From Trueperaceae bacterium (GTDB taxonomy: Bacteria; Deinococcota; Deinococci; Deinococcales; Trueperaceae), in NCBI GenBank assembly GCA_965213925.1, contig OZ243927.1:1920001-1984000 (forward strand): 64,000 nucleotides of DNA, in the 5' to 3' direction. Shown one piece after another: positions 27,902-36,499 of this stretch (the first letter of the stretch is position 1; each line of letters begins with the position of its first letter). Under the pieces are notes generated by a model. The model was not told the origin of the DNA and did no database searches. It saw nothing but the letters and a program-made list of their open reading frames with translations. The position numbers were made by a program, and so were the translations under genes.

Positions 27902-29308
27902 ATGTTACCTAAACTTGCCTTCTCTTGTCTTCTCCTCCTACTTCTCAGCGCGTGCGGTATTTTCGGCGGCGGGTCTAGCGCCGGCGTCTGCTACCCCGAC
28001 GTTAGCAGCGCGGCGCGGCCGCTCACCGCGTCTTCGGCGCAGGCAGATAGCGCCTATGTGCCGGGGCAACTGCTGGTGCGCTATAAAACCGAGGCAGGAT
28101 TAGCGACGCTCGCGGCGCGTTCACAGGCGGTGCAGCGTGACTACGGCTTGCGGGTGCTCGAGGCGAATGCTCACTACGCCGACCTCGTCGCCTTGCCCGC
28201 AGGACAGAGCGTGGAGGCTGCGCGCGACAGGCTCAGCGCCGACCCCCGCGTCGCCTACGCCGAGCCGAACTACTACCTCTATATGCAAGCCATCCCGAGC
28301 GACGTCCTGATAGACGAACAGTGGAACCTTTTGGGGTTCGGTCTGCCGCAAGCGTGGGACATCGAAACGGGGCAGAGCAACGTGACCCTCGCCGTGTTAG
28401 ATAGCGGCGTCGACCTCTCGCACGAAGATTTGCGCGGCAGGATTGTGCAAGGGTGCGACTTCTATAATCAGGACAACGACCCTAACCCCGGCTCGCCTAA
28501 GTCGGACGCTAGCACAACGCATGGCACGCACGTCGCGGGCATCGCCGTTGCAACGGGCGACAACGGGGCAGGCGTCGCGGGTGTGGCGTATACGGGTGTC
28601 AAACTACTCCCGGTTAAAGTCTTTGACGACCGAGGACTCGACAGTGAGCGCACGGCGACCAGCGCAGTGGCGAAGGCCATTCGCTGGGCGGCAGGGTTGG
28701 GGGTAGACGGCGCGCAGCGCAACCCCAACCCTGCCAGGATCATTAACCTGAGCTTAGGGAGTGACGGTATGAGGGACCCTGATACCGGCGAACCCCTCAA
28801 CATCATTACCATTGACGAAGCGATCCGCGACGCGCGGCGAGTAGGCGTCTTGACCGTCGTCTCAGCGGGTAATGTCAAAAGCGGTGCGGAAGGAGACGGC
28901 ATCTTCGCGCCCGCGAATGCGCCGGACGCGCTCGCGGTAGGCTCGGTCGATTCTGACTATACGCGCTCGTCGTTTTCAGCCTACAGCGATTCGGACCGCA
29001 CGGTTGACCTGATGGCTCCGGGTGGTTTTGGGCCGAGTTACTGTGGTTCAGTTGTTAGTACGTTCGGCTCGGATACGAGCACCGACAACTACGGCTGCCA
29101 AGCGGGAACCTCGATGGCGGCACCCTTCGTCGCGGGTGTGGCGGCGCTTATCTGGAGCCAGAACCCCGACTGGAGCGTGGACGAGGTCGAGCAGCAACTG
29201 CTCGCTTCAACCTTTTTCGACCCTAGCTATATGAACTCGAGTGAATATGGTGCAGGCGTGCTGTGCGCGGACCGGGCGCTCGGCGCGGCGACGCTCTGCG
29301 GGAACTAG
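27902..29308 (+). CDS. S8 subtilisin-like serine protease, lipoprotein
   Basis: LSAC lipobox, YAEPNY propeptide, VLDSG / HGTHVAG / GTSMAAP triad. Confidence 0.93.
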   Translation: MLPKLAFSCLLLLLLSACGIFGGGSSAGVCYPDVSSAARPLTASSAQADSAYVPGQLLVRYKTEAGLATLAARSQAVQRDYGLRVLEANAHYADLVALPAGQSVEAARDRLSADPRVAYAEPNYYLYMQAIPSDVLIDEQWNLLGFGLPQAWDIETGQSNVTLAVLDSGVDLSHEDLRGRIVQGCDFYNQDNDPNPGSPKSDASTTHGTHVAGIAVATGDNGAGVAGVAYTGVKLLPVKVFDDRGLDSERTATSAVAKAIRWAAGLGVDGAQRNPNPARIINLSLGSDGMRDPDTGEPLNIITIDEAIRDARRVGVLTVVSAGNVKSGAEGDGIFAPANAPDALAVGSVDSDYTRSSFSAYSDSDRTVDLMAPGGFGPSYCGSVVSTFGSDTSTDNYGCQAGTSMAAPFVAGVAALIWSQNPDWSVDEVEQQLLASTFFDPSYMNSSEYGAGVLCADRALGAATLCGN

Positions 29309-29405
29309 CAGGCGCGATCCGGTCACAGTGAGTGAGATGATGCGGAGCAACGCACTCGCTTCGTAGGTCACCCAACACATACCCTAAGGACCAATAATAT
29401 CTGCG
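29307..29405 (+). repeat. Degenerate MITE-like element, copy D
   Basis: AGCAGGCGCGATCCGGTCAC ... AATAATATCTGCG ends resemble the termini of copies A and B; overlaps the S8 stop codon. Confidence 0.4.
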
Positions 29406-29521
29406 TGATACAAGCTCGTTCAGGGTAAAGAACGCCGCGACAACAAGGTGAATTAACCGACGATGAACGGCGTGCTGAGCGCTGTTCATAAAGCCTAAGC
29501 CGCGCGCAGTATAACTAGAAC

Positions 29522-31894
29522 ATGAGACGATTCCGCCTTCTACTTCTCCTAGCATTTTCTCTCTCGCTCGGGCTTGCGGCTTGTTCTGTGCAGACCCAGC
29601 CGCCCCCTACGACGCCCGAACCTAACCCGCCCGCCGACCCAGCCTTGCAGGGCAGCTTCACCCTCTCGACCGACAGCGCGGGCAATAGCTTGGACCCCGG
29701 CGGCGAGGTTAAGGGCGTGCCGATCCGCGTAAACCGCGCCAGCACGTTTGAAGGCGCGGTCACTTTTGAGCTTTTCGGCGCGCCTGAAGGCGTCGCGGGA
29801 CGCTTCGACCCGCCGAGCACTACGGGCGACCGGAGCGAGTTGACGCTTCAAGTGAGCGAGACGACCCCCTCGGGCGAGTACGATTTGACCGTAAGAGGGA
29901 AGAGCGGCGGGACGAGTAATACCGTGCAGATTCCGCTCTTCGTGACCGAAGCGGCGAGCAACAGTCAACCCGGATTTAGCGTGGCGCTGTCGCCCTCGAG
30001 TCTCAACCTCTCACCTGGCGAGAGCGAGAACGTGCGCGTCACCTTCAACCGGAGTGGTGGTGTGGACGGGGCAATTGGACTTAGCGTCTCGGGCGAACCG
30101 GCGGGCGTCACCGTCCTTATCGACACCTCCTCGCAGCCGACCTTGCGCGTCACGGCGGACGAGCGCGCGGTTCCCGGCAACTACGCACTCACGGTGCGCG
30201 GCGCGTCGGGCGGGCTGAGCAGCAGCACGCAGCTTGGGCTGAGCATTGCGGGCGAAGGCGGTAGCGACGCGTCGGGTAGCGCCCGCGTGCGGGGCAGCGT
30301 GCGAACTGCAAACGCCGATATCTCGGTGCAAGCCGCGTCGCAAGCCGCCGCTTCAGAACGTACGTCCCTCGGCATGCTCTCCGCAGCGGAAGGACGAGCA
30401 GCGGCGAAGCCCGCTTTCGTACCGGGGCAGGTGCTCGTGCAGTACCGAACGGGCGAACTGAGTGCGCAGTCAGCACAGAAGGCAGCGCAGAGGGCAATGC
30501 AGATGAAAGTAGCCGTGCGCCAGCGCTTCGGCTTAGACCTCTTAGAGGCGGGCGCTGACCAGCAGCCCGACCTCGTAACCATTCCCAGAGATAAAGAGGT
30601 CGAAGACGTCGCCGCAGAGCTGAGGCGCGACCCCGACGTCCTCCACGCCGAGCCGAACTACTACCTCTACCCGGCAGCGCTACCCAATGACCCCAGCGTG
30701 GGCAAACAGTGGGCGCTCTCAGCCGCAGGGTTGCCCGTCGCTTGGCAGAGGGAAACGGGCGACGAGGTCGTCATCGCGGTTTTAGACTCCGGCTTCGACC
30801 TCTCGCACGAAGACTTGGCGAGCCGCTTTGTGCCCGGTTACGATTTCTGCGCCTTGACGAGCGGCGACTGCGCGAACGCGCCGAGCGACCCAGACCCCAG
30901 CTACGGCGACGCGGCCAACAGCCACGGCACGCTCGTCGCGGGCGTCGCGGGCGCAGCCGGAGATAACGGGCGCGGCGTCGCGGGCGTCGCTTACGGCGGC
31001 GTCAAGCTCCTGCCCGTCAAGCTCTTCAACGACGTAGGCACGGGCGCGACCTCGCAGAGTTTTATCCAAGGGATTCGCTGGGCGGTGGGGCTCGAGGTGG
31101 GCGGCGTCCCTGTCAACCGCAACCCCGCACGGGTCGTCAACATCAGCTTGGGCGGAGACTTTAGCAGCAGCATCGTGCAGAGCGCCATCGACGAGGCGAG
31201 AGGTCGGGGCGCGGTCGTCGTCGCCGCGACGGGCAATAGCGGACGAGGAGGCAGCTCGGGCGGCGTCTTATCGCCCGCGGCTGCAAACGGCGTCATCGGC
31301 GTCGGGTCCATCAACCGCGACTTCGAGCGCTCATGCTTTTCGAACTACGGCGTCGGCGAGCGCAACGGGCCGGGCGGCGTGGACCTCGTTGCGCCGGGCG
31401 GCGAAGCGGCGGCGGCGAGCTGCAACAGGGGCAGCTACGGACTTCTCAGCACCGCGCCGGGCAGCCGCTACGAGACCGCCATCGGCACCTCGTTCGCCAC
31501 GCCGATGGTCGCGGGCGCGGCGGCGCTCATCCTCAGCCGCGAGCCCGGCTTAAGCGCCATACAGGTCGAGGAGAGGCTCTTATCAGGTGCCTACCTTGAC
31601 GACGCGATGAGCCGAGACGAGTATGGGCGCGGCGTGCTGCGCGCCGAGCGGTCGCTCGGAATGGCTGGACCCGGCGACCAGGTGAGCGTCACAGCGAGCG
31701 GCGAAGGCGTGTCCGACAGTGACCTCGCGACCGTCACGCTCGACCTCTACGGCGGCTCGTCCGCCTACAGCTTAGAGGACCTGGCTGCGGGGCGTTACCG
31801 CCTAGAGGCGGCAGCGGACGGTCTGAGCGCCCAGACCACCCTCAGCCTGCGCGACGGCGAGCGGCGTAGCGGCGTCACGCTCGAGCTGCGCTAG
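29522..31894 (+). CDS. S8 subtilisin-like serine protease, lipoprotein with two Ig-like repeats
   Basis: LAAC lipobox, two repeats ending G.Y.LTVRG.SGG, VLDSG / HGTLVAG / GTSFATP. Confidence 0.92.
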   Translation: MRRFRLLLLLAFSLSLGLAACSVQTQPPPTTPEPNPPADPALQGSFTLSTDSAGNSLDPGGEVKGVPIRVNRASTFEGAVTFELFGAPEGVAGRFDPPSTTGDRSELTLQVSETTPSGEYDLTVRGKSGGTSNTVQIPLFVTEAASNSQPGFSVALSPSSLNLSPGESENVRVTFNRSGGVDGAIGLSVSGEPAGVTVLIDTSSQPTLRVTADERAVPGNYALTVRGASGGLSSSTQLGLSIAGEGGSDASGSARVRGSVRTANADISVQAASQAAASERTSLGMLSAAEGRAAAKPAFVPGQVLVQYRTGELSAQSAQKAAQRAMQMKVAVRQRFGLDLLEAGADQQPDLVTIPRDKEVEDVAAELRRDPDVLHAEPNYYLYPAALPNDPSVGKQWALSAAGLPVAWQRETGDEVVIAVLDSGFDLSHEDLASRFVPGYDFCALTSGDCANAPSDPDPSYGDAANSHGTLVAGVAGAAGDNGRGVAGVAYGGVKLLPVKLFNDVGTGATSQSFIQGIRWAVGLEVGGVPVNRNPARVVNISLGGDFSSSIVQSAIDEARGRGAVVVAATGNSGRGGSSGGVLSPAAANGVIGVGSINRDFERSCFSNYGVGERNGPGGVDLVAPGGEAAAASCNRGSYGLLSTAPGSRYETAIGTSFATPMVAGAAALILSREPGLSAIQVEERLLSGAYLDDAMSRDEYGRGVLRAERSLGMAGPGDQVSVTASGEGVSDSDLATVTLDLYGGSSAYSLEDLAAGRYRLEAAADGLSAQTTLSLRDGERRSGVTLELR

Positions 31895-31964
31895 GCCTTC
31901 CTTACTAACGGCGCATAATTGCACGACAGTCAACGAACCCGCACGGACCCCTACGCTATACTTG

Positions 31965-32183
31965 CGCGGGGGTTCTCTCAGGGCTTTACCTAACGGTGAC
32001 GCCGAGATGGTAATACCGTTTTCAGGTCATTCTCGTAGAAATTACCCCGAGCGCAACGAGTAGAAACTACGGACTCCGATGATTGTGGCGTCGACTCTGT
32101 AAGCGTTTGCGTAATCATCAACCGGAATCCGTGTAAGAACAAGCTCGGAGGAAAACACGGGAGGCGCAGTGACGCGACCCCGT
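31965..32183 (+). ncRNA. Candidate structured RNA (6S-like rod with central bubble, or long 5' leader)
   Basis: Nested pairings TTCTCGT/ACGGGAG, CCGAGC/GCTCGG, TACGGA/TCCGTG, TCCG/CGGA, ATGATTGTG/CGTAATCAT; TATACT -10 at 31957-31962. Confidence 0.5.
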
Positions 32184-32224
32184 CCTCTCACCGCTGACGC
32201 GCTCACCGCATATAAAGGACATTT

Positions 32225-33103
32225 ATGCACCTAGACATAACGCACATCACCCAATATCACTACGGCGAGCCCGCTTGGGATTCGTTTAACGAACTCTGGC
32301 TGCGCCCCGCCGACGACTACCGCCAGACCCTCCTAGCCTTCGAACTCACCATCAGCCCGAAAGCGCCTGTGCGCAGCCGCAAGGACTACTACGACAACCT
32401 CATCCATCACTTCCATTTGCCGAGCGACCACACCGAGTTGCGCATCGAGGCGCGCTCACAGGTGCTGACCTACCCAACGCCTGCGCCCTTAGCGGTCTCG
32501 GCGCAGACCCTCCCCGAGTTGCGACACCGCTTCTTCGAATATTTAGCGCCTACAAAGCGCGTCCCGATGAACCGCAACTGGCCTAGTGTCTTCGGCGCGC
32601 TACCTCTCAAAGAGGACGACAATATGGTCACCTATCTGAACAACTTGAACATCTACCTCAACAACCACTTCATCTATAAGCCCAACGCCACCCGCGTTGA
32701 CACCCCGCTCGTCGAGTTCGCTGAGAACAGCACAGGTGTCTGCCAGGACTTCGCCCACGCCATGCTCGCTCTGTGCCGCACCGCAAACATTCCCGCCCGC
32801 TACGTTTCAGGCTATATTCACAGCAACCCGAACATACCTGATGAGGAGCTGATCGGCGCGGCAGCGTCGCACGCTTGGGTCGAGGCGTTCGTCCCCGGCA
32901 GCGGCTGGGTCGGTTTCGACCCCACCAACGGCTGCCAAGTCACCGAAGCGCACATCAAAATCGGCGTCGGGCGCGACTACGACGACTTACCACCCGTGCG
33001 CGGCTTGCGGCGCGGCGGCAGAGACTCCTCACTCGATGTCGAGGTGCGGGTGCGCAAGTCTAAAGAGACGCACGTGAAGGCGGAGGGGTTCTCGAGGCTC
33101 TAA
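32225..33103 (+). CDS. Bacterial transglutaminase-like protein (N-terminal domain + core)
   Basis: ITHITQYHY, GVCQDFAH, PARYVSGY, ASHAWVE, GFDPTN, VGRDYDD..PVRG. Confidence 0.93.
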   Translation: MHLDITHITQYHYGEPAWDSFNELWLRPADDYRQTLLAFELTISPKAPVRSRKDYYDNLIHHFHLPSDHTELRIEARSQVLTYPTPAPLAVSAQTLPELRHRFFEYLAPTKRVPMNRNWPSVFGALPLKEDDNMVTYLNNLNIYLNNHFIYKPNATRVDTPLVEFAENSTGVCQDFAHAMLALCRTANIPARYVSGYIHSNPNIPDEELIGAAASHAWVEAFVPGSGWVGFDPTNGCQVTEAHIKIGVGRDYDDLPPVRGLRRGGRDSSLDVEVRVRKSKETHVKAEGFSRL

Positions 33104-33106
33104 TCT

Positions 33107-33619
33107 TCACCCGAGCGTCTCAAAGTAGCGCTCATACGCCCGCTTCACTTTGGGGTCGAAGCAGACTAAATAGATTTCAGATGGACATGTGTCGTGAGAT
33201 TCGCAAAACTCGAGCACGCTATCAATGGCGACTTTCGCTGCTTGGTGGACCGGAAAACGGTACGCGCCGCAACTGATGGCGGGAAAGGCGATGCTATTGA
33301 CCTCATGCTCGTTGGCAAGCTCTAAAGACCTCTTATAACAGCTCGCCAATAGCTCGTGCTCGTTACTGTCGCCACTCTGCCACACCGGACCTACCGCGTG
33401 AATCACATACTTTGCAGGCAAATTGAAGCCATTCGTAATGACTGCCTCGCCCGCTGAGATAGGACCCAACTTGCGGCTCGCTTTGACGAGTTCTGGACCT
33501 GCCGCGCGGTTGATCGCACCGTCCACACCACCCCCACCACTAAGGGCAGAATTCGCCGCATTGACAACCGCGTCTACCTCAAACTTGGTGATATCGCCGT
33601 CTGTAATCTCGAGCGTCAT
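33107..33619 (-). CDS. Macro-domain O-acetyl-ADP-ribose deacetylase (YmdB-like)
   Basis: GDIT, AVVNAAN..L.GGGGVDGAI, VIHAVGP, AFPAISCGAY. Confidence 0.93.
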   Translation of the reverse strand: MTLEITDGDITKFEVDAVVNAANSALSGGGGVDGAINRAAGPELVKASRKLGPISAGEAVITNGFNLPAKYVIHAVGPVWQSGDSNEHELLASCYKRSLELANEHEVNSIAFPAISCGAYRFPVHQAAKVAIDSVLEFCESHDTCPSEIYLVCFDPKVKRAYERYFETLG

Positions 33620-33628
33620 AACGTTAGT

Positions 33629-34753
33629 CTACCGGTTTCTTTCCTCATAACGTGCCTCGACAAACCTCTTTAAGTTCTCCTTGAAACGCTCCTGACTAAA
33701 GGTGAGCGCGTGCGAGCGAATCTCGGCAGGTTTGAACCTCTCGCCGCTTTCTTCAAACCGCTCGAGCGCGTCAACCAGTGAAGAGACCTCTTGCGAGTCG
33801 TAGAAAACACCCGTCGGACTGTCCGCATCCAACCCTTTGACGGTCTCCAACACGCCACCTTTCGCAAAGGCAATGACGGGCGTGCCGCACGCTTGCGCCT
33901 CAACTGGGACGATGCCGAAATCCTCTTCGGCGGCGAACACAAACGCTTTAGCCCGCCGCATATGGTCTTTAAGTACCTCGAAGGGTTGAAAGCCCATCAG
34001 GGTGATGTTCGGCTCCGCGAAGGCGCGAACTTTGGTGAGGTCCGGTCCCTCGCCGATCACGACGAGCTTTTTGTCCGGCATTCGCGCGAACGCCTCCACG
34101 ATGAGGTCGATTTTTTTGTAAGGCACTAGCCTCGAGGCGGTAACATAAAAGTCCTCTTTCGCCTTTTGCAGTTCGAACGACGAGGTGTCCACCGGGGGAT
34201 AGATCACCTCCGCCTCGCGCCGATAGACCTTCCACACGCGCCGCGCGATGAAGTGCGAATTAGCGATAAAGTGATCCACCCCGTTGGCGGTTCCCAAATC
34301 CCAGCGCCGCATCCGGTGGAGCATGTAGCGCGCCGCCCAGCCCTTGAGACCTGTATCTAAATTCGCCTCCTTGAGATACTGATGCTGCAAATCCCAGGCG
34401 TAGCGAATCGGGGAGTGGACGTACGAGATGTGAAGCTGGTCGGGTCCGGTGATGACCCCTTTGGCGACGGCGTGAGAACTCGAGAGCACGAGGTCGTAGC
34501 GTGACAGGTCAAACTGCTCCACCGCGAGTGGCATGAGCGGCAGAAACTGCCGGTAACGCTTCTCGGCAAAGGGCAGACGCTGGATGAGGGAGGTCTGGAC
34601 GGACTTGTTGCGGATGAAGTCGCGCTCCCCCGTCCGCAAGAAATCGATGGTGCTGAAGAGGTCGGCGTCCGGGTAGAGGTCCAGCATCTGTTCTAATACA
34701 CGCTCGGCTCCGGCGTACGTGACGAGCCAGTCGTGGACGATGGCGACTTTCAT
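33629..34753 (-). CDS. GT4 glycosyltransferase (WbaZ-like mannosyltransferase)
   Basis: MKVAIVHDWL...GAERVL, YVHSPIRYAWD, EEDFGIVPVEAQACGTPVI. Confidence 0.9.
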   Translation of the reverse strand: MKVAIVHDWLVTYAGAERVLEQMLDLYPDADLFSTIDFLRTGERDFIRNKSVQTSLIQRLPFAEKRYRQFLPLMPLAVEQFDLSRYDLVLSSSHAVAKGVITGPDQLHISYVHSPIRYAWDLQHQYLKEANLDTGLKGWAARYMLHRMRRWDLGTANGVDHFIANSHFIARRVWKVYRREAEVIYPPVDTSSFELQKAKEDFYVTASRLVPYKKIDLIVEAFARMPDKKLVVIGEGPDLTKVRAFAEPNITLMGFQPFEVLKDHMRRAKAFVFAAEEDFGIVPVEAQACGTPVIAFAKGGVLETVKGLDADSPTGVFYDSQEVSSLVDALERFEESGERFKPAEIRSHALTFSQERFKENLKRFVEARYEERNR

Positions 34754-34833
34754 TCAAGTGCCTTGTTGCTCTGTTCATTTTGTAGATTAAAGGTCATAGC
34801 GTCCATGAAACAGAACGTATCACTTTTATAGCT

Positions 34834-35184
34834 TCAGTGTGCTCGAGGCTCTTCACCTAATACCTGCGCTGCTATCGCAATCTCTTCCGGCGGCAACTCC
34901 TCACTACTCACCGTGATGGTCACCTTTTGCTGTAGCCTGCTGAGGAAGTGCATCAGCCGTTCGGCGGAGTAATGTTCTAGGCGCTGTCCTCAGCTCAGCG
35001 CGAACACGTCCGGCTGCTTGATGCCTAGCACCTCGGCGGTCTGCTGCTGCGTCCAGCCCCGTTGCTTCACAATGCGGTCGATGAGGTGGGTTAGCTTCGC
35101 TTTCAGTTGTAACTCTTCGGGGTTCTCGAGCCCCAGATCAGCGAAGACGTTGCCGCTGCTCAGGGTGTAATCTTGCTCGCTCAT
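34834..35184 (-). pseudogene. XRE/HigA-like HTH antitoxin interrupted by in-frame TGA
   Basis: SSGNVFADLG...TQQQTAEVLGIKQPDV; TGA at 34990-34992, then the same frame continues GQRLEHYSAERLMHFLSRL...VTITV to a stop at 34834. Confidence 0.8.
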
Positions 35185-35324
35185 CCTTCTAGCTCCTTCA
35201 CTATCTCTTGCGCCCGCAACGTTTCAAGGTGGTACGTCACCGCTTCCCCTTTATCGGAGAAGTGTCCGGTTTCTACCCTCGACCTCGCAAAGGTTTGCAC
35301 CTGCTCAGAGAGTTCTAAATTCAT
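35181..35324 (-). pseudogene. Truncated ParD-like RHH antitoxin fragment
   Basis: MNLELSEQVQTFARSRVETGHFSDKGEAV resembles the MNxxL...V.SG.Y.S.SEVV pattern; only 47 aa; ATGA overlap with the XRE gene. Confidence 0.5.
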
Positions 35325-35404
35325 CCTTCGGTTGTAGTCCTGTTTCACGTTGTGGTCAATGAGCGAGGATAAAGCTGCTCCATCAATCAGGTTAGTGCGA
35401 CGCT

Positions 35405-36499
35405 CTATGCGTCTAGCGTTTTCTCCAAAACCTCCAACGTCTTCTCGGCACAAGCTTCCCACGTGAACCGCCTTGCACGCTCTAACCCTTTTTGTCTAAG
35501 CGATGTTCGCAACGTTTTATCCTCCGTGAGCAAGACGAGCTTCTCCGCAATGTCCTCCGGGCTATGTGGATCGCAGTAGAGCGCAGCGTCGCCGCAAGCT
35601 TCGGGCAGCGAGGCGGCGTTCGAAACCAGAGCGGGGCAGCCGCACGCCATCGCCTCCAAAGGGGGCAGACCGAAGCCTTCGTAAAAGGAGGGCAGCGCGA
35701 GCGCGTCCGCGTGCTTGACGAACTGTTTTAAGTGCTCGTCCTGAACGAAACCCGTAAAGTGAACCCGCTCGCCTAGTGACTGCGCCAGTGCCGCAACCTC
35801 TTCGTCTGCTGTGAGGAGCCCTTCGCGCCGTCCGACGATGACGAGGTCGTGTGGGATTTTATGTTGCGCGAGCGCCAATGCCCGGACGAGCCCTCCTACG
35901 TTCTTGTGCGGCTTGACGCTGCCGACAAAGAGGATATACGGCTTTCCGTAAGGACGCGGTCTGTCGGGAACGTCGAACCACGCCTCATCCACGCCTATAT
36001 GAATCGGCGTCACCTCTTGCTTGCCCTGCCCTGTCAAACGTATAAGCTCATCTTTGCTGAATTCGGATACCGTCACGATGGCGTCGGCTTTCTGCCTGAC
36101 TGCGCGAAACATCCCTTTGGCGTAGAGTTTTTTCGGCACGCTCATATCCGGCTGGGCGAGGTGAAAAACGTCGTGGACGGTAACGAGGAGCTTGCCGCTG
36201 TAAAGAATAGGGACGTTGTAGTGCGGCGACCAGAAGAGGTCGGTTTCTGAGGGCGTTTTCTGGCGAAGCTCGAGCTGCTCCCTGACCGAATAAAGAGGTG
36301 AGCCGCAGTCCGTCACCGTAACGTTAGGGGCATCCGTCCAAGTGAATTTAGAGAGGTCAGCCGTAGACCCTAAGAGGTGAAACCTCAGCTTGGGCTTCGC
36401 CGCGACAAGCCTCGGCAAGAGGTTTTGAATATAGGTGCCGATGCCCGAGTTGTGCAAGGCGCGAACGTCAATAGTTAATATCTTAGGGGTGAGTGTCAA
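35405..36499 (-). CDS. GT4 glycosyltransferase (MtfB/WbpY-like)
   Basis: SGIGTY, VTVHD, VGSVKPHKN, PSFYEGFGLPPLEAMACG. Confidence 0.92.
   Translation of the reverse strand: MTLTPKILTIDVRALHNSGIGTYIQNLLPRLVAAKPKLRFHLLGSTADLSKFTWTDAPNVTVTDCGSPLYSVREQLELRQKTPSETDLFWSPHYNVPILYSGKLLVTVHDVFHLAQPDMSVPKKLYAKGMFRAVRQKADAIVTVSEFSKDELIRLTGQGKQEVTPIHIGVDEAWFDVPDRPRPYGKPYILFVGSVKPHKNVGGLVRALALAQHKIPHDLVIVGRREGLLTADEEVAALAQSLGERVHFTGFVQDEHLKQFVKHADALALPSFYEGFGLPPLEAMACGCPALVSNAASLPEACGDAALYCDPHSPEDIAEKLVLLTEDKTLRTSLRQKGLERARRFTWEACAEKTLEVLEKTLDA

Noticed and set aside
31965..32220. T-box, glycine, cobalamin or lysine riboswitch, RNase P or tmRNA identity for the structured RNA
   Set aside because: AGTA/GAA and CTCTCAGG fragments are present, but the T-box GGTGGnACC, glycine GGAGA/CCGAAG, cobalamin GGGAA/GCCACTG, RNase P GAGGAAAGTCC and tmRNA termini are absent
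34990..34992. Selenocysteine recoding of the in-frame TGA
   Set aside because: The position corresponds to an Arg-type site in an HTH protein, not a redox Cys, and no obvious SECIS hairpin follows; a point mutation is simpler
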